A stretch of 63,618 nt of DNA, filler included, from Asterionella formosa (taxonomy: Eukaryota), in the NCBI GenBank assembly GCA_002256025.1. It is 17 parts of 17 records of this genome, joined end to end, with 100 filler letters (N's around TTAATTAATTAA, not from the genome) between each part and the next. Parts side by side here need not be neighbours in the genome. Positions count along the whole stretch, not along the records: positions 33,790 to 37,436 come from NKIB01013999.1; positions 37,537 to 41,176 come from NKIB01014001.1; positions 41,277 to 44,919 come from NKIB01014002.1; positions 45,020 to 48,662 come from NKIB01014003.1; 13 more parts are not named here. One strand, given 5' to 3'. The notes below the pieces were generated by a model. That model saw only the letters and a list, made by a program, of their open reading frames with translations. It was not told the origin of the DNA and did no database searches. The translations under genes were made by a program, and so were the position numbers. This document shows positions 34,452 to 45,573 of the stretch, one piece after another; the stretch's first letter is position 1; each line of letters opens with the position of its first letter.

Positions 34452-37436
34452 ATGGCAATGTATTCAAGGGTTCCTGTGATTCCTTTGATCAAAGACTACA
34501 ATGTATTGACTATCAAGACTATAACATTCAGAGTTGCTTTAACCGGTGGAAGGTTTGAATCGTTTGATCAAGATATGATTGATGGAAGCTCGGTGGAAGG
34601 AGTGAGTCAATTTCGTGACATGGCTAACACATGTGCCTTTAGCCCTGCAGATACCTTTTCCTACTTTAAAAGGTGTTTGACCAACATTGCCCTATCGGAT
34701 TGGTTGAATGTGGAAGTACACCCAGAAGATCAATCTTACGATAGTTTCGATGAAGCGATGGTTTTATGGTTAGATGATCGTTTACCAAACGAGAGTTTTC
34801 AACATCAACAACAATGGATGCTACGTACATTATTTATCTAAACCCATTTCTATGTTGGTAATGGAGTTTGGAGCTCGTATTAAAACTTTAAACAGGCTAC
34901 TTCAACTAATGCCTCATCCAGAAGATCAAAACAGATTGTCAAAAGAAGATATGCGGATTATCATTATCCGTTCTATGCCCGATGAGTGGCAACAAGAGTT
35001 TGAATTAAATCATGCGAAGACTTCAGACCAATCGATTCGCTCGGTTCTCGCTTACTTCGAGAGTCAACAATCGTTTAAGGACCGAAACAACAAGCATCTT
35101 CCCACGAACAGTTTTCAAACAATCACACAGAACCGTCTTCGCATTGCTGAAGGCAATCGTGTGATGCGTCAAGAAAACGAGCGTGCCAGTCGTCAATTCT
35201 ACAACGATAATTTTACTCCAAGTGGTCGTGGAAGAGCGCGTGCTATTGTCAATGCAGCCGGACGCGCATGGGATCGTCAGGCGACTGATCGTCATCAAGC
35301 TCTACAAGCCAGTCGTACGTACCATGATTATCGTGGTCCTTGCCCGGTACATCCTGAAGGTGTACATACTTGGGGCAATTGTTTCCAGAATCCTCGTACT
35401 CAAGGTGGTCAAGCAGGTCATATGGCTGGTCGTCATAATGGACATGGCCGTTCCAGTTTCGGTAGAAGAGGACATGTTGGTGGTCGTGGAGGCGGCTCAC
35501 ATAGCAATCCTACGGAAAGTTATCATACTGACACTGCTAACCCTGTGTCTGTTCCACATGCTCGTATGTTAAATGCATGGGGTCATAATACTCATCCATC
35601 CGGTTGGGGTACCGTGCCACGTGCCGATCCTACCGAGAATATATCTGCCCAGGAAATTTCAGTGGTCACGAACCCTCCTGCTAGTCAGATAGTGACTTTT
35701 GTCCCTACTACACAACAGCAGATTGCTGATCGCCATCACAGAGGTATGTGCGATAATAGCGATGCTATTTATAATGACTTGTTGAGTATATCTCACGCTG
35801 GTCATCACCTGAATAATATTGTTTACTTACAGGTTGAATACACTATGGATACCACTGTTACTGTAATGCGGGATATATATAACTGTATTGATGGACATGA
35901 TGTTCCACATACATATCAGGGCCCAATTCCGGTTTCCTGTTTTACTTCTAAGGATATATTACTAACATCAATTGATTTGATTCCGATGTCCCTTTTTAGC
36001 GCCAAGATTGGTGGATAATATACCGATACATAAAATACTACGAGTATTATTCGATAGTGGAGGATCGTTATCCTAAATACATGAACGGGTTATGCCTCAA
36101 GGTATTTCTTTGTCTGACGAGACTTCCCAATTAATACATACCATAGCTGGTACTTATTCATCTCATGCCAGTGTCATGTTACATGACCTGATTCTACCAG
36201 AATTTAATCGATCCGCTCATATTTTACAACAAAAGTGTCAAGTCTTTAATGGTCTATGCACATTTGATGTTATTTTAGGACGTGATTTCCTCCGTCAAGT
36301 TGGTTTAACCATTGATTTTGTAAATAACACCATGTCCTGTATGCATATGATTGTTCCTATGCATCCTCTCACATTCTTTGATGATAGAGAACGTTTACGA
36401 GATGTATTATTATATTACGATGCACCTATGATTGTGGAACCTTCATATGCGCTGGAAATTAAAGCTGCTGAATATAATTACGTAAATATTGATACAGTCT
36501 CCCTATGGGGGTGAAACAATCATCTGATATTGCACAAGAAACTATGGAACAGATCCTTAGTGATTTAGATGATGTGGAAATTTATGTTGATGATGTGGGT
36601 TGTTTTTCAATGAATTTTTCGGATCACCTTCATTTATTGGACACTATTTTATATCGTTTACAGACAAATGGTTTTACAATTAATCCATCTAAGTGTGAAT
36701 GGGCTGTCCAAGAGACAGATTGGTTAGGCTATTGGTTAACTCCTAATGGACTGAAACCTTGGTCTAAAGAGTTCCGAGCATTGATTAATATGTCTTCACC
36801 TACCAATCTTAAACAAGTTCGATCATTTCTCAGTGCTGTTACTTACTATCGAGACATGTTTCCTAGACGATCTCATGTTCTTGGACCACTTACGGATTTA
36901 ATTGGAACTAGTCCATTTGTCTGGTTACCTATCCATCAACAAGAAGCTTTTGAAGAAATGAAAGCATTGTTAGTTGCAGATACACTCATGCGTTATCCTG
37001 ACCATAATCTTCCTTTTCATATCTTTAGCTACTGATGCCTCTGATTATCAATTAGGGTCGGTCATTATACAAAATGATCTCCCAGTTGCTTATTATTCTC
37101 GCAAATTATCTGCTGCTCAAAAGAATTATACTACTATTGAAAAAGAATTACTTTCTGTGGTAGAAACTTTCAAAGAATTTCGTTCTATGTTATTGGGTGC
37201 AGTTCTTCATGTTCACACTGATCATCGAAATCTTCTTTATAATACTTTACATACTCAACGTGTTCTACGATGGAGACTTTATATTGAAGAATACCAGCCT
37301 ACTTTTCATTATGTGAAAGGGACTGACAATGCTATTGCAGATTCCATCTCTCGCCTCCCGAGGCTTGAGTCTTTGGTGGAGGATGATATTGATATTGGAC
37401 CGAAATCTCCAACATCAACTTCCACTTCTACTTTTT
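34452..37436 (+). mobile_element. Ty3/gypsy LTR retrotransposon (gag, protease, partial RT, RNase H), degenerate
   Basis: Gag with CPVHPEGVHTWGNC knuckle, protease VLFDSG and DVILGRDFL, RT MGVKQSSD / YVDD / NPSKCEW, and RNase [26 protein letters not shown] in gypsy order. Frameshifts are present and the RT N-terminal half is missing. Confidence 0.92.
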
Positions 37437-37536
37437 NNNNNNNNNNNNNNNNNNNNNNNNNNNNNNNNNNNNNNNNNNNNTTAATTAATTAANNNNNNNN
37501 NNNNNNNNNNNNNNNNNNNNNNNNNNNNNNNNNNNN

Positions 37537-40500
37537 ATTATCCAAAGCAACCCAATCGGCGATTGGGAGACGATGGGGACACCATCAGCTACTAGTACAA
37601 AGAATCCCGTAATTGATACTGACAGCAATGATGACGTTTCTACTTCAGTTGTTGATACAAGAAAAATGGCTCCTGTCGATGATGCCATTAATAACTCCCG
37701 GATGCAGATGGACGACATGGTACCATATCATAAATTTTCTAATCGCATGGACCAACAAGTACATGACAACCTGAGGGAAAAACATTTTGTACTTGCCAAA
37801 GGATATTATCAATTGGTAAATGAACTCAATCACTACAAAGGTCGTAATTCGGTTCAAAACTCGTCCATACAAGGTTATCAAGACTCTTCAATTTCAGCAG
37901 CCTTATCAGAACGTCGTTCCCGCTTAGCTAAAATTGAAACAAACCATCAATTGTCAAAAAGGTTTTGAGTTTTGTTTGCTTTCAAGACCAAGATGTTTTC
38001 CTGTGAACATGTAAGTTTGATGTTATAGTTTGTGAATTGCAGGTACTGTAAAACAGAATATCAATCAAATGTGCTTTTTTCTGTTCCCAAAAGAGAATCA
38101 AACATCCCGCCCTATCTGGTCCAAGTAGTATGAAAGGCATTTCCAATCACAAACAGGATTGGTTTGCCGAATATTGCCTAACTCGGCTATACACAGTGAA
38201 ACCGGAGTTAGGCAAAGAAGTGGAGAGTGACCCAGAGCTTGCCGATTTCATATGGAATGGTTCTGATGCACTAGCTACTTCCAATGAATCAGACCATTGA
38301 ACGTACCAACAAGGCACGTTTAGATTACATCAAATCAACATTTGGTGGCATGTGCATTGAAAAGTTGAGAGAATGTCAGAATGTATTGAATAATCAATTT
38401 AAAGGAATCTTAGGTAAGTTCTTGCAGGGAGATGCTCCGAAAGCATGATGTTTTGAGTCGGGGATTATATTCTTATCAAATATGTTTCAATTTAAAAATG
38501 CTAACACAATTCATGACACACCAGCTGGTCTAACAGAATATAACTTCCAGACTATGTATATTGATGACTTTATTAGGTGGGCGTTAACGCTTTATCGTTT
38601 TGCGCAGTCAAAGGACATTGACAGGGGAAGCCATGTATACCAAGTCTGGCGTGATGTTCTTGCTCTGGTGTATTTTGTTATAGGCAGGATTTTTAACAGG
38701 AGACAAATCTGGTGTGACCAAGCCAAATTTCAACTCAGTCTTCGGGCACAATGTGAATTGCAATCACGTTTTGTTGGTTCGCTGATCAATGCCAGTACAG
38801 AAGCATTTTGCTTCTTGGTGCGTGCTGAAAGAAAAATTCCGATTACAACAAAAATATTTGGGTTTCAATCCAGATACCCATGAAATTTCAGAGAATTAGT
38901 GATATTCGTCATTCTACCGATTTTGTCGACATTGGTGGGAAACCACTTATTAAAAAAAGTGTGAGCAAGGGAAGAAAGTTCAGTTTCAAATGGTCTTACG
39001 GATCAATGGACTGATGATTTACTCATTTATTATAGCTAAGGAAATCTACACTGGACTTTCACAAAAGAATCGATCTGAATATGGAAGGAATCCTAGTGGA
39101 ATTGCTACTCCCACCACAAATATCATCTACCCACACTCATACTTCTCATTTCCCAACGTAAGTAAAGAGGATATGCATGAATTTGTTGAATCACTTCAAC
39201 CAAATGTTCCTGAAAAGAATATTGATTATAATGACCGCATTAATCAACGGGACATTGATGACAATGTTGATTTTGAATGGATCTAATGGAATCCAATGCA
39301 TACTTAGTAGTTACATAATAATTATAGTTAGTGTGAGACTTCTACAAATGCAAGCCATATCATAGATGATAGGAAAACATTGATTCTGCTCTATACTACT
39401 ATTACTATTAGTGTCGCCTGTACTAGCTATATGTAGCGGTATACCTCCATTTTTACTACTATGGTGGAGTGATAATTTCACGACTCTGTATTTTCCAGCA
39501 CAGCATGTTCGAAGTGGCACTCAATTTATTATTATATATTAATTCATTTTCATTCTATCCTTTTCATATACTGACTTGTTCATCTTTTGCAATTTGCAAT
39601 GTCTTTGCGCACATTGCAATGGTGTTATCTGTGTAACTACAAATTTCGGAAGAACAGATCCCCATCTGAGTCTCACAATCGAAATTGTAGCAACCGTGTT
39701 TTTTATGCATGTGGTCACTGTCGACATTGCATACAGGAACATCGAGTTCCTGGAATACATAGTGAAACTATGTATTGCGGTAGTGCATCTAATCAATAAA
39801 GGAAAGAAGTTAATGATGGCAGTGTAACTGCTGCAGCATTTAGGGAGATTAGACAAAGAAGAGATTTTGTGTCCTATCCTTGAATCAAGTGACCACAATC
39901 ATCCACTTCATGACGACAGCGACAATTCAGTTTATAACAATATTCAGTCACAACAGGACGAACAATTGAGACTAAAAACTCTCCAAGGGTTGAATTCAGA
40001 AACCATGCAATATTCAGATTTTCAAGATCGCACCGGCTTTCTCCCTGAAAATGCAATGGAAATGCCCCTTCCTCCTCAATTTCAACTTCCAAGTAAACAT
40101 TCTCTGAACATGCATCCAATTGAATTAGAACTCATGTTATTCCTCAACGAGAATTATCTTCCACCAGTTTACTTTGATCATCTAATGAAATGGCTGTTCA
40201 AGGCAAAAGCAATGAAATATTTTGATGGAAGGTAGCTATCATCAAGCTCCATCCTACCAGACTTTGAAAAAACGCATGGATATTTCATTTCCACCAACAT
40301 TAGCTGGTGGTCAACTGTTGACCAAACAAATAAAGATTGATAACAATTCAAATATGATCATCCCACACACACTCCATTATTTGTTCATCAAATGAATGAG
40401 AATCACTGAGTTCTTCTTCATTATCAGCGATTTCGGGAGAATGAGGAGCAAAATACGACACTGGATGGTGGAACTGTGACTCTGTACAAATAGAGTCTTC

Positions 40501-41176
40501 ATCCACGAAGACCAACTGTTTGGGTTTCCTCTTGCTTTCGAAAGCAATCATTCCTTCTTTTCAATCTCAGCCACTATTTTATCGGTTGGCATACTTCATT
40601 ATTACTATTTTCTGGATTATTATGAATCTGTTCAAATTCATTTGATCTTTGAGTGTATTCAAAGGAGCAAATCTTCGATTGATTTCATAACTTTCTTCAT
40701 CTTCTTTTCCGAAAACATAAAGTCGTGTAGTGTAAACAATGGAAGTAAGTCTCGTTTCTTGTTTGACTGATCCTTTCCATGAAATCCGTGAAATGCCATT
40801 TGGAAAGTTGTCAAAGGGCCAAAAGACAATGATGTAAAACAGTGGAAGGGAAACGCGGAGCTTTTCGCGGAGCTTATTGAGGCGCCTGTGGAGGTGGAAC
40901 TGGTGTGATGGTAACCGAGTGTAGTAAATGTTGAACAGAGCACAGGAGTGTAATATGCATGTTCCGCCAGCGTAGTGTTTACACAATACACATGCTGGCA
41001 CATATATAGCTAAAACAAGGAAAGACGACACGACAATGAACGTGATAACTGGCTGGTTGTTGAGGATACCGGTATGTGATATGCATCAATCCATATCACA
41101 AATCATATTATAGTGATGTACATATCAACGCATCCGTATACTTAGATCCTATCCACAGTATAATACTATCATATTA
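37537..41176 (+). repeat. Multicopy degenerate element; whole contig is near-identical to the reverse complement of 41277-44919
   Basis: Mirror-image ORF set with only a handful of SNPs/indels. A diverged third copy of its left part is at 56244-57300. ELELMLFLNENYLPPVYFDHLMKW..APSYQTLKKRM loosely resembles the N-terminus of Plavaka/CACTA-like transposases (weak). Confidence 0.85.
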
Positions 41177-41276
41177 NNNNNNNNNNNNNNNNNNNNNNNN
41201 NNNNNNNNNNNNNNNNNNNNTTAATTAATTAANNNNNNNNNNNNNNNNNNNNNNNNNNNNNNNNNNNNNNNNNNNN

Positions 41277-44200
41277 TAATATGATAGTATTATACTGTGG
41301 ATAGGATCTAAGTATACGGATGCGTTGATATGTACATCACTATAATATGATTTGTGATATGGATTGATGCATATCACATACCGGTATCCTCAACAACCAG
41401 CCAGTTATCACGTTCATTGTCGTGTCGTCTTTCCTTGTTTTAGCTATATATGTGCCAGCATGTGTATTGTGTAAACACTACGCTGGCGGAACATGCATAT
41501 TACACTCCTGTGCTCTGTTCAACATTTACTACACTCGGTTACCATCACACCAGTTCCACCTCCACAGGCGCCTCAATAAGCTCCGCGAAAAGCTCCGCGT
41601 TTCCCTTCCACTGTTTTACATCATTGTCTTTTGGCCCTTTGACAACTTTCCAAATGGCATTTCACGGATTTCATGGAAAGGATCAGTCAAACAAGAAACG
41701 AGACTTACTTCCATTGTTTACACTACACGACTTTATGTTTTCGGAAAAGAAGATGAAGAAAGTTATGAAATCAATCGAAGATTTGCTCCTTTGAATACAC
41801 TCAAAGATCAAATGAATTTGAACAGATTCATAATAATCCAGAAAATAGTAATAATGAAGTATGCCAACCGATAAAATAGTGGCTGAGATTGAAAAGAAGG
41901 AATGATTGCTTTCGAAAGCAAGAGGAAACCCAAACAGTTGGTCTTCGTGGATGAAGACTCTATTTGTACAGAGTCACAGTTCCACCATCCAGTGTCGTAT
42001 TTTGCTCCTCATTCTCCCGAAATCGCTGATAATGAAGAAGAACTCAGTGATTCTCATTCATTTGATGAACAAATAATGGAGTGTGTGTGGGATGATCATA
42101 TTTGAATTGTTATCAATCTTTATTTGTTTGGTCAACAGTTGACCACCAGCTAATGTTGGTGGAAATGAAATATCCATGCGTTTTTTCAAAGTCTGGTAGG
42201 ATGGAGCTTGATGATAGCTACCTTCCATCAAAATATTTCATTGCTTTTGCCTTGAACAGCCATTTCATTAGATGATCAAAGTAAACTGGTGGAAGATAAT
42301 TCTCGTTGAGGAATAACATGAGTTCTAATTCAATTGGATGCATGTTCAGAGAATGTTTACTTGGAAGTTGAAATTGAGGAGGAAGGGGCATTTCCATTGC
42401 ATTTTCAGGGAGAAAGCCGGTGCGATCTTGAAAATCTGAATATTGCATGGTTTCTGAATTCAACCCTTGGAGAGTTTTTAGTCTCAATTGTTCGTCCTGT
42501 TGTGACTGAATATTGTTATAAACTGAATTGTCGCTGTCGTCATGAAGTGGATGATTGTGGTCACTTGATTCAAGGATAGGACACAAAATCTCTTCTTTGT
42601 CTAATCTCCCTAAATGCTGCAGCAGTTACACTGCCATCATTAACTTCTTTCCTTTATTGATTAGATGCACTACCGCAATACATAGTTTCACTATGTATTC
42701 CAGGAACTCGATGTTCCTGTATGCAATGTCGACAGTGACCACATGCATAAAAAACACGGTTGCTACAATTTCGATTGTGAGACTCAGATGGGGATCTGTT
42801 CTTCCGAAATTTGTAGTTACACAGATAACACCATTGCAATGTGCGCAAAGACATTGCAAATTGCAAAAGATGAACAAGTCAGTATATGAAAAGGATAGAA
42901 TGAAAATGAATTAATATATAATAATAAATTGAGTGCCACTTCGAACATGCTGTGCTGGAAAATACAGAGTCGTGAAATTATCACTCCACCATAGTAGTAA
43001 AAATGGAGGTATACCGCTACATATAGCTAGTACAGGCGACACTAATAGTAATAGTAGTATAGAGCAGAATCAATGTTTTCCTATCATCTATGATATGGCT
43101 TGCATTTGTAGAAGTCTCACACTAACTATAATTATTATGTAACTACTAAGTATGCATTGGATTCCATTAGATCCATTCAAAATCAACATTGTCATCAATG
43201 TCCCGTTGATTAATGCGGTCATTATAATCAATATTCTTTTCAGGAACATTTGGTTGAAGTGATTCAACAAATTCATGCATATCCTCTTTACTTACGTTGG
43301 GAAATGAGAAGTATGAGTGTGGGTAGATGATATTTGTGGTGGGAGTAGCAATTCCACTAGGATTCCTTCCATATTCAGATCGATTCTTTTGTGAAAGTCC
43401 AGTGTAGATTTCCTTAGCTATAATAAATGAGTAAATCATCAGTCCATTGATCCGTAAGGCCATTTGAAACTGAACTTTCTTCCCTTGCTCACACTTTTTT
43501 TAATAAGTGGTTTCCCACCAATGTCGACAAAATCGGTAGAATGACGAATATCGCTAATTCTCTGAAATTTCATGGGTATCTGGATTGAAACCCAAATATT
43601 TTTGTTGTAATCGGAATTTTTCTTTCAGCACGCACCAAGAAGCAAAATGCTTCTGTACTGGCATTGATCAGCGAACCAACAAAACGTGATTGCAATTCAC
43701 ATTGTGCCCGAAGACTGAGTTGAAATTTGGCTTGGTCACACCAGATTTGTCTCCTGTTAAAAATCCTGCCTATAACAAAATACACCAGAGCAAGAACATC
43801 ACGCCAGACTTGGTATACATGGCTTCCCCTGTCAATGTCCTTTGACTGCGCAAAACGATAAAGCGTTAACGCCCACCTAATAAAGTCATCAATATACATA
43901 GTCTGGAAGTTAGCTATATTCTGTTAGACCAGCTGGTGTGTCATGAATTATGTTAGCATTTTTAAATTGAAACATATTTGATAAGAATATAATCCCCGAC
44001 TCAAAACATCATGCTTTCGGAGCATCTCCCTGCAAGAACTTACCTAAGATTCCTTTAAATTGATTATTCAATACATTCTGACATTCTCTCAACTTTTCAA
44101 TGCACATGCCACCAAATGTTGATTTGATGTAATCTAAACGTGCCTTGTTGGTACGTTCAATGGTCTGATTCATTGGAAGTAGCTAGTGCATCAGAACCAT

Positions 44201-44919
44201 TCCATATGAAATCGGCAAGCTCTGGGTCACTCTCCACTTCTTTGCCTACCTCCGGTTTCACTGTGTGTAGCCGAGTTAGGCAACATTCGGCAAACCAATC
44301 CTGTTTGTGATTGGAAATGCCTTTCATACTACTTGGACCAGATAGGGCGGGATGTTTGATTCTCTTTTGGGAACAGAAAAAAGCACATTTGATTGATATT
44401 CTGTTTTACAGTACCTGCAATTCACAAACTATAACATCAAACTTACATGTTCACAGGAAAACATCTTGGTCTTGAAAGCAAACAAAACTCAAAACCTTTT
44501 TGACAATTGATGGTTTGTTTCAATTTTAGCTAAGCGGGAACGACGTTCTGATAAGGCTGCTGAAATTGAAGAGTCTTGATAACCTTGTATGGACGAGTTT
44601 TGAACCGAATTACGACCTTTGTAGTGATTGAGTTCATTTACCAATTGATAATATCCTTTGGAAAGTACAAAATGTTTTTCCCTCAGGTTGTTATGTACTT
44701 GTTGGTCCGTGCGATTAGAAATTTATGATATGGTACCATGTCGTCCATCTGCATCCGGGAGTTATTAATGGCATCATCGACAGGAGCCATTTTTCTTGTA
44801 TCAACAACTGAAGTAGAAACGTCATCATTGCTGTCAGTATCAATTACGGGATTCTTTGTACTAGTAGCTGATGGTGTCCCCATCGTCTCCCAATCGCCGA
44901 TTGGGTTGCTTTGGATAAT
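41277..44919 (-). repeat. Allelic or near-identical copy of contig 37537-41176
   Basis: Same start and end points. Differences include MVLRING vs MALRING, a 4-nt AGCT insertion near 43912 and a 1-nt deletion near 44720. Confidence 0.9.
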
Positions 44920-45218
44920 NNNNNNNNNNNNNNNNNNNNNNNNNNNNNNNNNNNNNNNNNNNNTTAATTAATTAANNNNNNNNNNNNNNNNNNNNNNNNN
45001 NNNNNNNNNNNNNNNNNNNAGGACTTTGTCTAATACAGATTTATAATATTACAAATATTCGTCTCAAACCGTGTGATTACCCCGTTTTGTTATGACTATC
45101 AGTACAAAACTGAAAGTTTGTATGACTCTCAGTTTTTAGGTGGTACTGATACTGCGACTGCGTCTGGACCAGTATCAGTACCGGTATCCAATGCTCCAGT
45201 ATACTTTCACCGGAACGG

Positions 45219-45448
45219 AAGAATTACGAACACGACCACAAAGAAAAAGGCGTTTCATCGATAAAACAACCAAATGCATCAACGAGAACAAAGCAAACAT
45301 GGCGACAACTATCAGTGGCTCATTCGCCCATACCCACCATGATGCTCCATTTGTGAACGTGTATGCCGTACAAGTGGAGCTCTTTAGGAATGGAATCTGT
45401 CCTTATCACGCAGACATTCAGCTTCGCAATGCGATCATGAACGAATGA
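45219..45448 (+). pseudogene. Truncated remnant of the ARM-kinase family 5' cassette (5'UTR + N-terminal CxxH motif)
   Basis: ATG at 45299 gives MATTISGSFAHTHHDAPFVNVYAVQVELFRNGICPYHADIQLR, vs ..ASYARTHRDAPILNDHGVQVELIKNGLCPYHPDIQLR in gene 313. It stops shortly after. Confidence 0.8.
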
Positions 45449-45573
45449 AACCCGATGAACCACAATGCTAATGTATCAATCGGGGAAATTTCAATAAAGA
45501 AGAACATAAATGTAAATTCCAAGTCGAAGTTAAACAATATATCAGTTTCGTAATTACAATCATAAATACTAAT

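Noticed and set aside
37537..44919. Apparent 7.4-kb perfect palindrome centred at about 41226
   Set aside because: The centre is an artificial spacer. These are two separately assembled near-identical contigs (haplotypes or repeat copies) placed side by side because of similar length.
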